From positions 1 through 56,224 of IMG/VR virus record IMGVR_UViG_3300020045_004866: a DNA stretch of 56,224 nucleotides; one strand, 5' to 3'. Each line of letters opens with the position of its first letter. The first letter of the stretch is position 1. This document shows, one piece after another, positions 7,416 to 18,100 of this stretch. This stretch comes from a virus (Duplodnaviria; Caudoviricetes). A program made the translations under genes and the position numbers. Under the pieces are notes generated by a model that did not search any database, was not told the DNA's origin, and worked only from the letters and a program-made list of their open reading frames with translations.

Positions 7416-9899
7416 TTAAGCTGCCTCGTACATCATTGTGATGCTGATTGTATCGCCTGTCGCCCAAGTATGCGGACTTGTTGCTGTTATTGTTGTCGGC
7501 ACTCCTGACAATACTGACAATAACTGCGCACCTGCCGTACTCGCCCACCATGCCGCCAGCTCATAGCGTGTTGATGACGTTTTTAATCGCCCAGCAACTG
7601 ATATTTCAAATTGCGAACTTGGGGTTGCTGCGCTGGTAACTGGAAAGGTGATTGACGGCGCAGTACCCATGCTTGACGTGCTGCCAAGTGTCACAAAAAC
7701 CCGCACAAAAACAATCTTTCTAATCGGGTCATAATTGTATTTTGCTGATTGTGTGCCGTTTCCGATGGTGAAGTTAGTCCACGACGGCGTAAAACTTACC
7801 CACGCCGACTGGTCTGCACCGCCATTAACCACTGCTAAAACACCAGTCACGCCTGTTGTTAAATTTAGCCCTACCGCGTTAGTTAAATTAATTGCGCTTG
7901 GTGTGCCTAAAGCTGGTGTAACTAAAGTACAGTTTGCAGCAAAAACATTCGCGCCGGTTCCAGTTTCGTCCGTCAACGCCGCTGCTAATTGCGCAGACGT
8001 TGTGCCATTCGCGGTTAGTGTTGTTACGCCGATAGTATTTGCCGTCACTACTCCAGAAATCGGGTATCCAGTACAGTTGGTTAGGTTTCCGCTCTGTGGA
8101 GTTCCTAATATTGGCGTTGTTAAATTAGGACTTGTCGATAAAACTACGCTACCACTCCCAGTTGATGTGGTTGTGTTTGTACCGCCATTCAAAACAGGTA
8201 AAATTCCAGTCATTTGCGTGGATAGGTTGACCCCCGTTAAGTTGCCGCCTAGCGTCAAATTTCCGTTGCTTGTGACATTGCCATCCAAAGTTATCCCATT
8301 AACCGTACCATTTCCCTGTACATACGTCACATTACTATTAGCCGAAGTCTGGTTTATTTTGGACAGCATGGAATCAGTGACATAATTCTTGTCGGTAGAT
8401 GCTGTAATGTTAGCCGTGGTTAAACTAACCGTCCCAACTTGACCATTTACACTGATAATCTTGTCGGTGTAATCTTCTTTTAGCCAGTTACCCGCATACG
8501 TTGTAGCTGAAGCATTATCGAGTATTGACAATAATCTGTCTGTTGCAACAAAATCAATCCCATCAACGGTACCATCAACAGTCACAGAATACACATACCC
8601 AGCTTCTGTGCTTGCTGGAAAAGCCCCAGTGCTTGCGTCCCATCCGCCGATGTACCGCATTGCAGAATTTAAAGCGTTAACATCAGTTGTTAAGTTCGTA
8701 ACATTACCCTGTAAAGTCGTAATATTTGAGACTGCTCCTGCCCCTAACGCGCCATCGAAAGCTGTACCAGTGGTATTACCAACTGTTATGTTTGAAGTTC
8801 CTTTTTCAAAAAACGCATTCCAGTCAGAAGAAGTAAGTAATCCGCCTACGCTAGTATTTGCTGTTGGTATCGTACTATTCGATACGCTTGTTGCAAGCCC
8901 TTTACCATTGAATACAATTGTTGGAACTATTGTTGCATTGCCAAACGATCCGATATTGCTATTTACAGTCGCTAAGGTAGCCGTTATGTTCCCAGTGCCA
9001 GCTCCGGATATGTCGCCACTTAGGGTTATGGTTTGATCGCCCGTGTTTGTATTGCTGGTCTGATTCAATACCGTTAGCTTTGCATCGGTCACATAGTTTT
9101 TATCAGTCGATACAGTAACGTCGGCGGTAGTCGCATTACCTTTCAGCGCGGTTGTTCCTGTGCTGCCAAGTGTTAAATTACTCGTTCCCTTATTTTCCCA
9201 GTCCGTGAATTTACCCGATGCTATCTGACCATCTTGCGTAGCATTGGCATATTGCATAGCAAGAGACAAGTTGTTGTTAGTAACCGTTCCTGTAAAGCCT
9301 CCGCTATCAGTAAATCCAGCGATACCGCTAATATTCCCGTCTCCTGTGACAACCATATCCCCACTACCCAATATCGACACGCCGTTGATGGTCTTGATAT
9401 TGGTAGCTGAAACAAGCGTGGCTTGTTTGCTGTTTAAAGCCGCTTGTGTGGCATTGCTTATCGGTAACTCAAGCGGCGCGACATCGGTTACATTAGATAA
9501 TCCGATTTGTGATTTAGTTACGTTATGTGGGTTTGATGTGTTAGCAGTGTGGTTTTGCAGTGTCGCAATATTGCTTGTGGCATTGCCAATCTCAACAAAT
9601 TTAGCTGATGTTAGTTGCCCGTCTTGAGTGGCATTAGCGTATTGTAATGTCAGTGATAGATTGTTGTTGGCGACATTGCCCGTAAACCCTCCGCCGTTGG
9701 TAAAATTAACTATCCCAGTAAAATTGCCACTACTGCTTATGTTGGCAACAGCATCTTGCAAGGCTGTAATCTCAGTTGCCGCAGTCTGTAGTCCGTTTTT
9801 TATTGCTACCCTGCTATTTCTTTCGTCAGAAGCTGACATTCGAGTCCCGACAACTGGGGCAGTGGTATTTATTGCTGAAACATTGATATTGGAGGTCAT
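7416..9899 (-). CDS. Tail fibre / receptor-binding protein
   Basis: T/G/S/N-rich; NPHNVTKSQIGLSNV, ISVNGQVG, LPVLNGGT, TDETGTG fibre motifs; internal duplications; distinct C-terminal tip. Confidence 0.85.
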   Translation of the reverse strand: MTSNINVSAINTTAPVVGTRMSASDERNSRVAIKNGLQTAATEITALQDAVANISSSGNFTGIVNFTNGGGFTGNVANNNLSLTLQYANATQDGQLTSAKFVEIGNATSNIATLQNHTANTSNPHNVTKSQIGLSNVTDVAPLELPISNATQAALNSKQATLVSATNIKTINGVSILGSGDMVVTGDGNISGIAGFTDSGGFTGTVTNNNLSLAMQYANATQDGQIASGKFTDWENKGTSNLTLGSTGTTALKGNATTADVTVSTDKNYVTDAKLTVLNQTSNTNTGDQTITLSGDISGAGTGNITATLATVNSNIGSFGNATIVPTIVFNGKGLATSVSNSTIPTANTSVGGLLTSSDWNAFFEKGTSNITVGNTTGTAFDGALGAGAVSNITTLQGNVTNLTTDVNALNSAMRYIGGWDASTGAFPASTEAGYVYSVTVDGTVDGIDFVATDRLLSILDNASATTYAGNWLKEDYTDKIISVNGQVGTVSLTTANITASTDKNYVTDSMLSKINQTSANSNVTYVQGNGTVNGITLDGNVTSNGNLTLGGNLTGVNLSTQMTGILPVLNGGTNTTTSTGSGSVVLSTSPNLTTPILGTPQSGNLTNCTGYPISGVVTANTIGVTTLTANGTTSAQLAAALTDETGTGANVFAANCTLVTPALGTPSAINLTNAVGLNLTTGVTGVLAVVNGGADQSAWVSFTPSWTNFTIGNGTQSAKYNYDPIRKIVFVRVFVTLGSTSSMGTAPSITFPVTSAATPSSQFEISVAGRLKTSSTRYELAAWWASTAGAQLLSVLSGVPTTITATSPHTWATGDTISITMMYEAA

Positions 9900-9932
9900 G
9901 ACTATTCACTGGGAATATTGAAATTATTGCCG

Positions 9933-9941
9933 ATTGTAACA
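9933..9941 (-). promoter_or_regulatory. Extended -10 promoter for tail fibre
   Basis: TGtTACAAT ~35 bp upstream of ATG. Confidence 0.5.
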
Positions 9942-9956
9942 CTTTTCTTTAGGCAA

Positions 9957-9986
9957 TAAAAAACCCCGTTCTTGCGTTCGGGGTTT
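9957..9986 (-). terminator. Intrinsic terminator
   Basis: AACCCG...CGGGGTT stem, TTTTTTATTGCCT tail. Confidence 0.7.
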
Positions 9987-10048
9987 GTTGTATCGGCTGG
10001 CTGTCAGTTTACAGTTTGATTAAGTATTTTTAAGCAACCCATTACATC

Positions 10049-10240
10049 TTATCTTCTAAAATACCCATGCTTATATGCAGTAATATGTTGATAATTTAAC
10101 CGGTTTGGAAATTCCATTTTCCACCACTTCCTACCATCACCATATCTTTCAGTTACTTCTTTAGAGTCAATAAATTCATTGGTATCAAGGTCTAAATTTC
10201 TGTACTCAATTGGCTTAAGTGGGTCAATGCGTTCAATCAT
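10049..10240 (-). CDS. Hypothetical protein (moron)
   Basis: GGTGA SD, ATG ORF. Confidence 0.6.
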   Translation of the reverse strand: MIERIDPLKPIEYRNLDLDTNEFIDSKEVTERYGDGRKWWKMEFPNRLNYQHITAYKHGYFRR

Positions 10241-10251
10241 TTTTCACCACC

Positions 10252-11121
10252 CTACTCCCACACCATCATAATTAAATCGTTAGCTGAATTTCCTATTGAC
10301 ACGCAACCATCAGTCGCGTTAAAAAACGTAAATTTACCAGCTTTGTCGGTTGGTAGCTTGCCAACAACTTGTTTTTCATGATGATTAAGATAGCCAGTCA
10401 AAAACACCTGTTCATGTGATTCACGGGTAAAATACAACGCCCCATCACAAGGGTACTGGAACGGATTTTGTACCAATGCTGGTTGTTTGCTGCTAATCAG
10501 GTCATTCATTTTTTTGGTGGCGCATTGATATTGCAAATCACCAACTGGATCAGTAATGTCTTTTACTATCTCACTATACATTTCCGCATCAAAGAATTGA
10601 TGATTAGTGACACCTGTACCAGTTGATAGCATATCTTGAATTGCAGATAGTGCGTTGTTTCTAATTGGTTGTTCTGGCGTTGGCTGTTGCCAGTCCCCGC
10701 TTAATTCGCCATCATTGGGTGTGGCGATCAAATCAAGTAACAATTCTTTGGCTTTGCGCCGCTTATCTTTGTCGGCAACAATGTCTTGACTAGCAATTAC
10801 GTTATTTAATCTTAACAGGAGCGTTTTAATTGACGTACCAGCTCTATTTACTCCACCGCCTATTTTAATGTCACAAGGCAATTTACGGTTTAAAAAATCT
10901 TCTTCAGTTTCTGGTTGCTGCCAGTCTTCACCTTTAGTCTCGTTATCGTCGTACCAATCAAGATTTTCAATAATAGGAGAGCTATCATCAAGTAATTTAA
11001 TACTTAATCCATCGCTTCTAAGCCAAAATAGACTATTTAGCGGACTAACACAACTCCAATGCCCCAGCCCATTATTACGGGCTAATTCGTCCATTTCTGG
11101 ATTTATTCCAAGTTGTTTCAT
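10252..11121 (-). CDS. Hypothetical mosaic protein (moron)
   Basis: 289-aa ORF, repeated DWQQP. Confidence 0.75.
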   Translation of the reverse strand: MKQLGINPEMDELARNNGLGHWSCVSPLNSLFWLRSDGLSIKLLDDSSPIIENLDWYDDNETKGEDWQQPETEEDFLNRKLPCDIKIGGGVNRAGTSIKTLLLRLNNVIASQDIVADKDKRRKAKELLLDLIATPNDGELSGDWQQPTPEQPIRNNALSAIQDMLSTGTGVTNHQFFDAEMYSEIVKDITDPVGDLQYQCATKKMNDLISSKQPALVQNPFQYPCDGALYFTRESHEQVFLTGYLNHHEKQVVGKLPTDKAGKFTFFNATDGCVSIGNSANDLIMMVWE

Positions 11122-11927
11122 GATTGCACCTTATACTGTTTATCGATAACGCCGTTTTCTTTGTTTCCAACAACGCAGGAATTAACCCAGATATTGCCAG
11201 ATTCAATGCGCCTAACATGACCTCTCCTTAAGTGTTGTCTTGGGCTTGCATGACTGCATTTTATGCCAGCGACAATGCCAGAAGATTCTTTTTTACCAGC
11301 CTTAATGGTCAATACTTTTGTTTCGTAAATAGGTAGCTTATGCGATTTTATGCGCTGTTCATTCTTTTGGCTGGCTGGCTGGTGCGTGGATATTTCTACG
11401 TTGGTACATGACAGGGCTTCTAGTAGCTCGAATAAATAAACAATTCCACTTTGCATCATTCCATGAAGTTTAATTGACGCTTCCTCTGGAACACCATGAA
11501 CTATTGTTGTTGACTTTAATCTTTGTGCTATTTTACCACTGCTGTTTTTCTCTAAGTATGAGGTAAGCAATAATGGAACTACAGCCCATAGCTCATTTGG
11601 CGATTGCATCATCAAAATATGAGAAATCATTCCATCTTCTTCTTGTTTGAATAGCAATAAAAACTTATGTCCTTCATTCATAAACTCTAGTGTTATTTTT
11701 TGGAATGGCAATTTTATTAAGTCAGGATTATTGTAAATAATGCCTTTTAGCCCGTCATTAAAAATCTTTCCGCCATCTGGCATAACGAAATGAACAGACT
11801 GCGAAAGGTCTTTTTTTATATTCACAAGTGAATAATTCTTAAAAGCTAAATCATTCATGCCGTATAGTGCTTTCTCAGCCTGTGCCGCGTAGTTCTTTGC
11901 AGTAATCATTTGAAAATCCTTGAACAT
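11118..11927 (-). CDS. Conserved phage hypothetical protein with C-terminal HxRRGHxR motif
   Basis: SPRQHLRRGHVRR..IWV...VG. Confidence 0.8.
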   Translation of the reverse strand: MFKDFQMITAKNYAAQAEKALYGMNDLAFKNYSLVNIKKDLSQSVHFVMPDGGKIFNDGLKGIIYNNPDLIKLPFQKITLEFMNEGHKFLLLFKQEEDGMISHILMMQSPNELWAVVPLLLTSYLEKNSSGKIAQRLKSTTIVHGVPEEASIKLHGMMQSGIVYLFELLEALSCTNVEISTHQPASQKNEQRIKSHKLPIYETKVLTIKAGKKESSGIVAGIKCSHASPRQHLRRGHVRRIESGNIWVNSCVVGNKENGVIDKQYKVQS

Positions 11928-11954
11928 GGATAAAGTGATTTGAACGAATTTGAA

Positions 11955-12015
11955 GTCGTGGCAATGGGTGTTCAGTCCACTTTAATACGGTGATCAATCC
12001 GCATACAGCCACAAC
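11955..12015 (-). ncRNA. Candidate C4/CI-like three-way-junction regulatory RNA
   Basis: 8-bp closing stem plus two hairpins with related loops ggATTGATCAcc and ggACTGAACAcc. Confidence 0.45.
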
Positions 12016-12096
12016 ATTTAAAAACTGTCACTAAAGACCGCCACGAAACAACCGCAAACTTCAAGAGCCGCTCTTATTGAATACCGTGGCGAAGTG

Positions 12097-12105
12097 ATTA
12101 TATCA
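12097..12105 (-). promoter_or_regulatory. Extended -10 promoter of moron
   Basis: TGaTATAAT inside palindrome AGTGAT-tat-ATCACT. Confidence 0.6.
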
Positions 12106-12131
12106 CTATCTAAAACTATTAAAAAACACTA

Positions 12132-15100
12132 TTAACTCTCAATTGCATGCACAGTTCTAAAAGCATAATCCATCTGCTTATTTCTCATTGCATCAGCCTG
12201 TTTGCGCAATGATTCAGCACGTTTTAAATGCCCTGCTTTCTCTGCCTTGGTAGCCGCCGCCATCTTGCCGCGTGTCGAACCCTCAAGCTTTTTCAGTTTA
12301 TCGCCAAGATTAGCCATCTTCTTTTCACTAGGCGATAAGGTATCGCCATTGCTTTCTCGCACATTCAATTCATTCATGCGATCACGCGCACGGTAATAAA
12401 GCCTTTGCTTAAGGCTATCATCGTTTGTTTGCAGCACATAGCGGTCAATTAAAGGGATAGACGTACTCAAGCCGCGCGATTTTTTAGCTGGGTTTTCAAC
12501 CGCCCATTTTAGAATCTCATTACCCGCACCTGCCCCGTAATCACGAATAAATTCACGCGCCTGTTCAGGGTAAAAATCAATGCCATTTTGTGCAAATACC
12601 TGAGCAATATCTTTGTAAATTTGTGGCGTATCGCGCCGTCCTTGCAACGCCTTAGCGGTATCTTGTCTTTCGTAACGCGAGTTAGTCAGTGGTGCGCCGA
12701 ATGAATTAACGTCTAACGCGATGTTAACTAAGGGCTTAGCCGCTTGAGGGCTAAATGTTTGCGCTAACCATACCATAGGATTTTTTAACATCGATGTTTC
12801 GGCAGGAGCAACAGGCATACCGGAACGCGCCCACAATGATGCTGATTCTGCTACCGCTTCACCTGCTGTCATATCGCCGCGCATGGTACGAATAGCATTA
12901 ACGCCATGACTCCACGCTAGTTGTTGCATACCAAAACCCACGGGTATTTTAAAGTACTGTCCATTTCCCATAGGAACAAGGATGTTTCGGTACAGGTTAA
13001 AGTTTCCCGCCTCATCCATTTTATTAACACCAATATCATCATCGTCATCGCCCGCGCTAAGCATGGCATACAGCATCATAGCCGCTACAGTATAAGCCGC
13101 AAATCTAGCCTGTCCGCGCCGTGTTGATAGCGTCATTGCCATTTGGTGTCCACCCGTGGCGATAGGCTGAGCAAACATATAAAGGGCGCGTAACGGACTC
13201 ATTACCTTGCCGCGCTTTCTAAAGTTCATGAGGTTTAATGCCGATGCTGCCGCGTCCTTATCGCTAACGCCATTGGTTACCAATGACTTATAAATAGAAA
13301 ATCCGCTTATCATTTCAAAGCTGTTATTCCATAGCTCAATCGCGTCCATTGCCTTATCGGTTATCGTGCCTGTCTTGCGTAGTTTTTCGGCAAGTGATTT
13401 GCTATCACCGCTTAGCATATCGCCATAAGTCGAGCTACCGCCCAAGGCTAAAAACTGCTTAAGCATAATCACATCTTGATTAGTGCTATCAACTGGGAAC
13501 GCTTTAGCTAGTGGTGTATTTTCGGCTAACACGCCCATCATGACGGGCTTTAACTGTATGAGTAGTTTTGCTGATTCACCGATGGCTTGATTGGCTACCT
13601 TGTTCATATCTAAATCTGCATAGCCCTGAATTTTTCGGGTGCGAATATTCTCGCTACGCTCTGCAACGTCACGCAACATATTAGTTGGCGCAAACAATGG
13701 CATTAGCTGAGTCACCATTCGCGCTTGAAAGCGGGTAAAGAACGCTATTGGCTTTAAAATACTTGGCACGTCTTCATTATTCACGCTGCGTAAGGCTTCC
13801 ATTGCGGCTTGGTTGTTGATGGTGTAAATCATGCCTTTACCGTCTTTGCGGACAATAATATCGTTTTCACTTGCTGGTATCATGCCTGTTTCTGGTCGGC
13901 GTTTAATATCGAACTCATCAAATACTGCTTGCTCGGCTTCTTTCTGAGTCATGCCAGTAGCGACTTTATCAGCAATTAATGAATTGTAAGTATCGGTTAA
14001 GGCAGTCTTAAAATCATTCCAACCGTGATAACGCGCGGATTTTTCCAGTTGTTCAAAAGAAGCATCAATGCCATTTTGAGCAATAGAGCCTGTGCGTCCA
14101 CCTAGTTGTTTATCGCTGGCTTGGTTCACGCTACCCGTAGAAAAATAATCTTCCACGCTGTCATCGGTACGCGGGTCACCTGTCAATGGCACATAGATTT
14201 TTGACTTCGGAAACTTATCCGCCGTGGCTTTGCTGATTTTTCCGTCCTTAATATCGTTCTTCAGCTTCCACGCATTCATGTCATAAGTTGGATTTGCTAC
14301 CGCGTCCAGCATTGCACGAGGTATCTTGGCTTCAATATCTGCCATGAGCTTAGCGGCTGTGGCTTTATTAAACCCACCTGCCACACCAGCGTCGGTTTTT
14401 TGTTCGGTCGGGTCAATGATGTTCGGGTCGTTAATGGCGGCAATGCGTTTAGTTTGGTCGCTGGTTGTCTTAGCTAACTGCTTATTGAGTGCCTTTAATT
14501 CGTCTGGGTCTGTGGTTACAGCAATATCTGCATTAATTGTATCAATAGCATTTTGGTCTTTGGTCATTAGCCAGTCGTTAGCTTCTGCTGAATACCGCGC
14601 ACTCATCCAATAACCCGTTAAATCCTTGGCTGTTTTATAATCCATTTTGGTTTCTTTCACAATGTCGCGTATGCCATCGGCTATGGGTCTGCCAAACAGG
14701 TTCATTGCGTCTTTTTCGTAAGCGGCTTTCATGCCTAGTGCGCGGTCTGCCCCACTCAATAGTTTGCTGGCTTGCTCACTGTCAAACGTGTCTTGTACAA
14801 AACGTGCAAACGGTCTGGTGGAGTCGGTGAAAGTGGTAACAGCTTTGTCAAAATAATACTGCCAACCTAGTTTATCGGTGGGCTGTTTGCCAGTGTTTAT
14901 CATAGTATCTATGTCTGACAGGCTAGTGGTTCTGCGTGGTTTTCCTGTGAAAAAGTCAGTTGCCGCACTAGCCATTGAATACATAATGCCACTTGCATTG
15001 TCATCACTAAAGACGTTAGCCGATACTGCGCTATCACCATTCAAAATAGCATGGGATATTCTATGATGACCGTCAGATACATAATACTTGCCATCTTTTA

Positions 15101-18100
15101 GTATCAGGTTTACTGGCTCATCCTTATATTTCTTTGTGCTTTTTAAATTGTGGGTAGTTATATTTCTTTGGGTTGGCACAATATCTTTTATGCTTACTTG
15201 TTGCGATATTGTGTCGCCAGACTCAAAGGCATCATCGGCTTTTATCCGTAAATCCTGCGACACATCACCAACACCATTTGAGAATATATTTCCAGATGGT
15301 ATTTTTGGTAAAGTGTAGCGATTCTCTAATTCAAGTTGCTTTAGTGTTTTTGCACCACTGCCTGCATTAGCAGGTGTTGAGTTTGATCGCTTGCCATTGG
15401 GAGCGAGTAGCGGACTGGTTACAGTGTCTTTTTTGCTTGCCAATAAATTAGGGCTATCCGCGTAGTCGGGGTCGAATGCGGCGTTGACATTTCTTATCTT
15501 GCTTCCTTTTGGCGCAAAATAGCTTGTTCCATGCTCATCATTCATAGATACAATGTCATAACCCAATTGTTTAGCTAGTCTCCCTCTGTCATTCTGAAAT
15601 TGCCAGCTAGCTTCCCCCAAGTCATCAACTCCAGTTAATTCAAGTATTTCACCTTCATCAGAATAATCCCAAGGATTAAAATTATCCTCAACTATTGCAG
15701 GAAACAATATTTCATTAATTTGGTCTTCTGTAGCATCTGGATAGCGGTCTTTTATTAAATCAGTTAATTGCTCTCTATCGTGCTTATATTCAAAATCACC
15801 ATCAAATACTTTATCTGTTGAGATAAATTCATTTAACACTCCAGTACCATGAGATGACGCATTATCCTCACTTTCACTCAAAAACAAGCCATCAAAAATA
15901 TTTCCAAAGCCTATTTTCTTTATAATCTCTGAGCTTCCATGATACCAAACCTTATCAACATCAAACCCCATAGCCTTAGCTCTAGCCATACGCGCCTTTT
16001 GCGACATATCCAAGCCCTTAGCAACAGCTCGTAGCCATTCCTCTGCTTCGCCTGTGCTACTACCCTCATAGCCTTTGGCTTTAGCAAGCTTAATTGCATC
16101 ACCACTACGCCCAACAGAATCAAACAGTAAATCATTCGGCGCAACTCTCAATGCACTAATCGCCATACCCACTAAATCACTCTCATTAAGTGCGGTCACT
16201 TTTCTAAACCACTCAGTACGTTGCACAGGGGGCAGTGCTTTACCGATAGCGCGTAGTTTGCTTCTGAACCAGTTTAGGAATTTTTGAACTAGGGTAAGGC
16301 GTGGATGGTTCTCAACAAGGTACGCCAATACTTCTTCGGTAACGTGTTCAGGCTTGGTATTCGCCTCTTTAGCCCGTGCCAGTGCCTTTTTAATCGCTGT
16401 GCTGGAGTTAGCGGTAATCATGCTTTCGACTTCTGACAGAATTGCTTTGAAGTTTTTGTCGTCTTTGCCTAATTGCAGTGCGTGTACGCCTAACTCATGC
16501 GCGGCTAAGCCTAACAGGTCTTTGTTTTTGTCGATATTTTCAGCGACAAAGTAGGTGGTGTCGTTAGCTGGATTGTAGAATGCTTGGACTTTGCCGTTTT
16601 TGCTGTATTGTGCGTCAATATCCGATTCAAAGAAATAAGGCTTATTTTTATCAAAAGGTGTAAACGCAACTGCATCATCAACGTATATTTCTGCGCCAGC
16701 CGCTGCACTACCCAATAAGTCTTTTTTTATTCTAACTTTCAGTATTACTGGGTTTTTAATTCTGCCTGTAACGTGCTTCAAAGTTGAGTTTGCATTAGGC
16801 TCAAAAAAAGAACCCGCTTGAAATACTCCTGATTTTAATATCTTATTAGCATTGGCTTTGCTTGTTGCGTGATAAACAATAGCATTGCCGTCTTTATCTA
16901 TTTCATACGGTACGTTTTCTTCTTCATCGTAAATCTCTTGTTTTGCTGATTTTTTCTTTTTTAGTGTTGCTAGTAATTCTGGCAAATCATCACTATCTGC
17001 ATTGATTCCTACCCAATCCCTTTTAATGCCTAAATCATCTGTATTGAACCATTTTTCACCTTTCCCAGTATCAACGAGTATTCGGCTTATATCGTCATTG
17101 TAATCAAGTATTATGGGCTTAAAGCTAAACAACTCCCCGCCACTAATAACCCTATCAGCCTCCTCGTTACTAACCACCTTAACCTTGCCCGTAGCCATCA
17201 ACAACTTAGTCCACCCATGCCCGAACTGCTTATCAAGCTGTATGGTGAATGCTTTGGAGAATGAATCTTTGGTGTGGGAGTTGGTTGGCTTATCGCTTCG
17301 TGATTCAAATACGCCTGTTCTATCTTGTAACTCAGGGTAATCAGCAAGGACTTTATCAGGAACGGATAACCCCTCTTTTAGCGCATCATTAACTAATGCC
17401 CTATGCAGAAAGTCCACTGAGAAGTTGGCATGGTCAAAATCCTTAAACGTAGCTTTTCCACCCTGTTTAGGATTTGAAGTAGGCTTATGCCCTTCTTTCT
17501 TCCCTCTTGCATAGTCGATAGCGTGTTCTATTTCATGACGAAGTATTGATGGCGTGGACAAATCAACGCCACCGCCTTTTTGATTCCAGTCCTTTAATTC
17601 CTGTTCTGAGAATTTTGGGGTAAGCCATATTGTTTTTATAATAGCCACTACCTCCCCAGTATCAGTATTTGTCCCAGTTTTTACGTCAAACGACGATCTT
17701 GTTGGGAACGGCGAAGGCAGTATTTGAATATCAACATCACCTAATTCATCCGGATAAAGCCCTTGGTAGTACTCAAATATCTTTTTTGGGTCATTGCTAC
17801 CAGCCTTTTCAATAATTCTTTTATCAAGGTCTGGGTTTGTTGCGACCCTTTGTAGTGGGTCGGGGTATAACTCCCTAAACTCAGATTGAGTTAGCAAGTG
17901 TGGCTGTTTGTTACTGGGTAGCGCAGCGTTGGTTGGCTTGGTGGATTGTGATGGTTTGATTTCAGTGCTTTCTAAAAATTCCTTGCCTTTTTCTTTGCTA
18001 ATTGGCTGTAATTTCCCCGCTATTGGGTAAAGTATATCCAGAACTGAGCCTAGCGATTCCTTGTTAAAAGTACCTACCATTTCATTGCCGCGTTTTACAA

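Noticed and set aside
7735-9921. Long plus-strand ORFs opposite the tail fibre (and many opposite the giant and structural genes)
   Set aside because: Antisense shadows from codon bias; no SD or recognisable motifs
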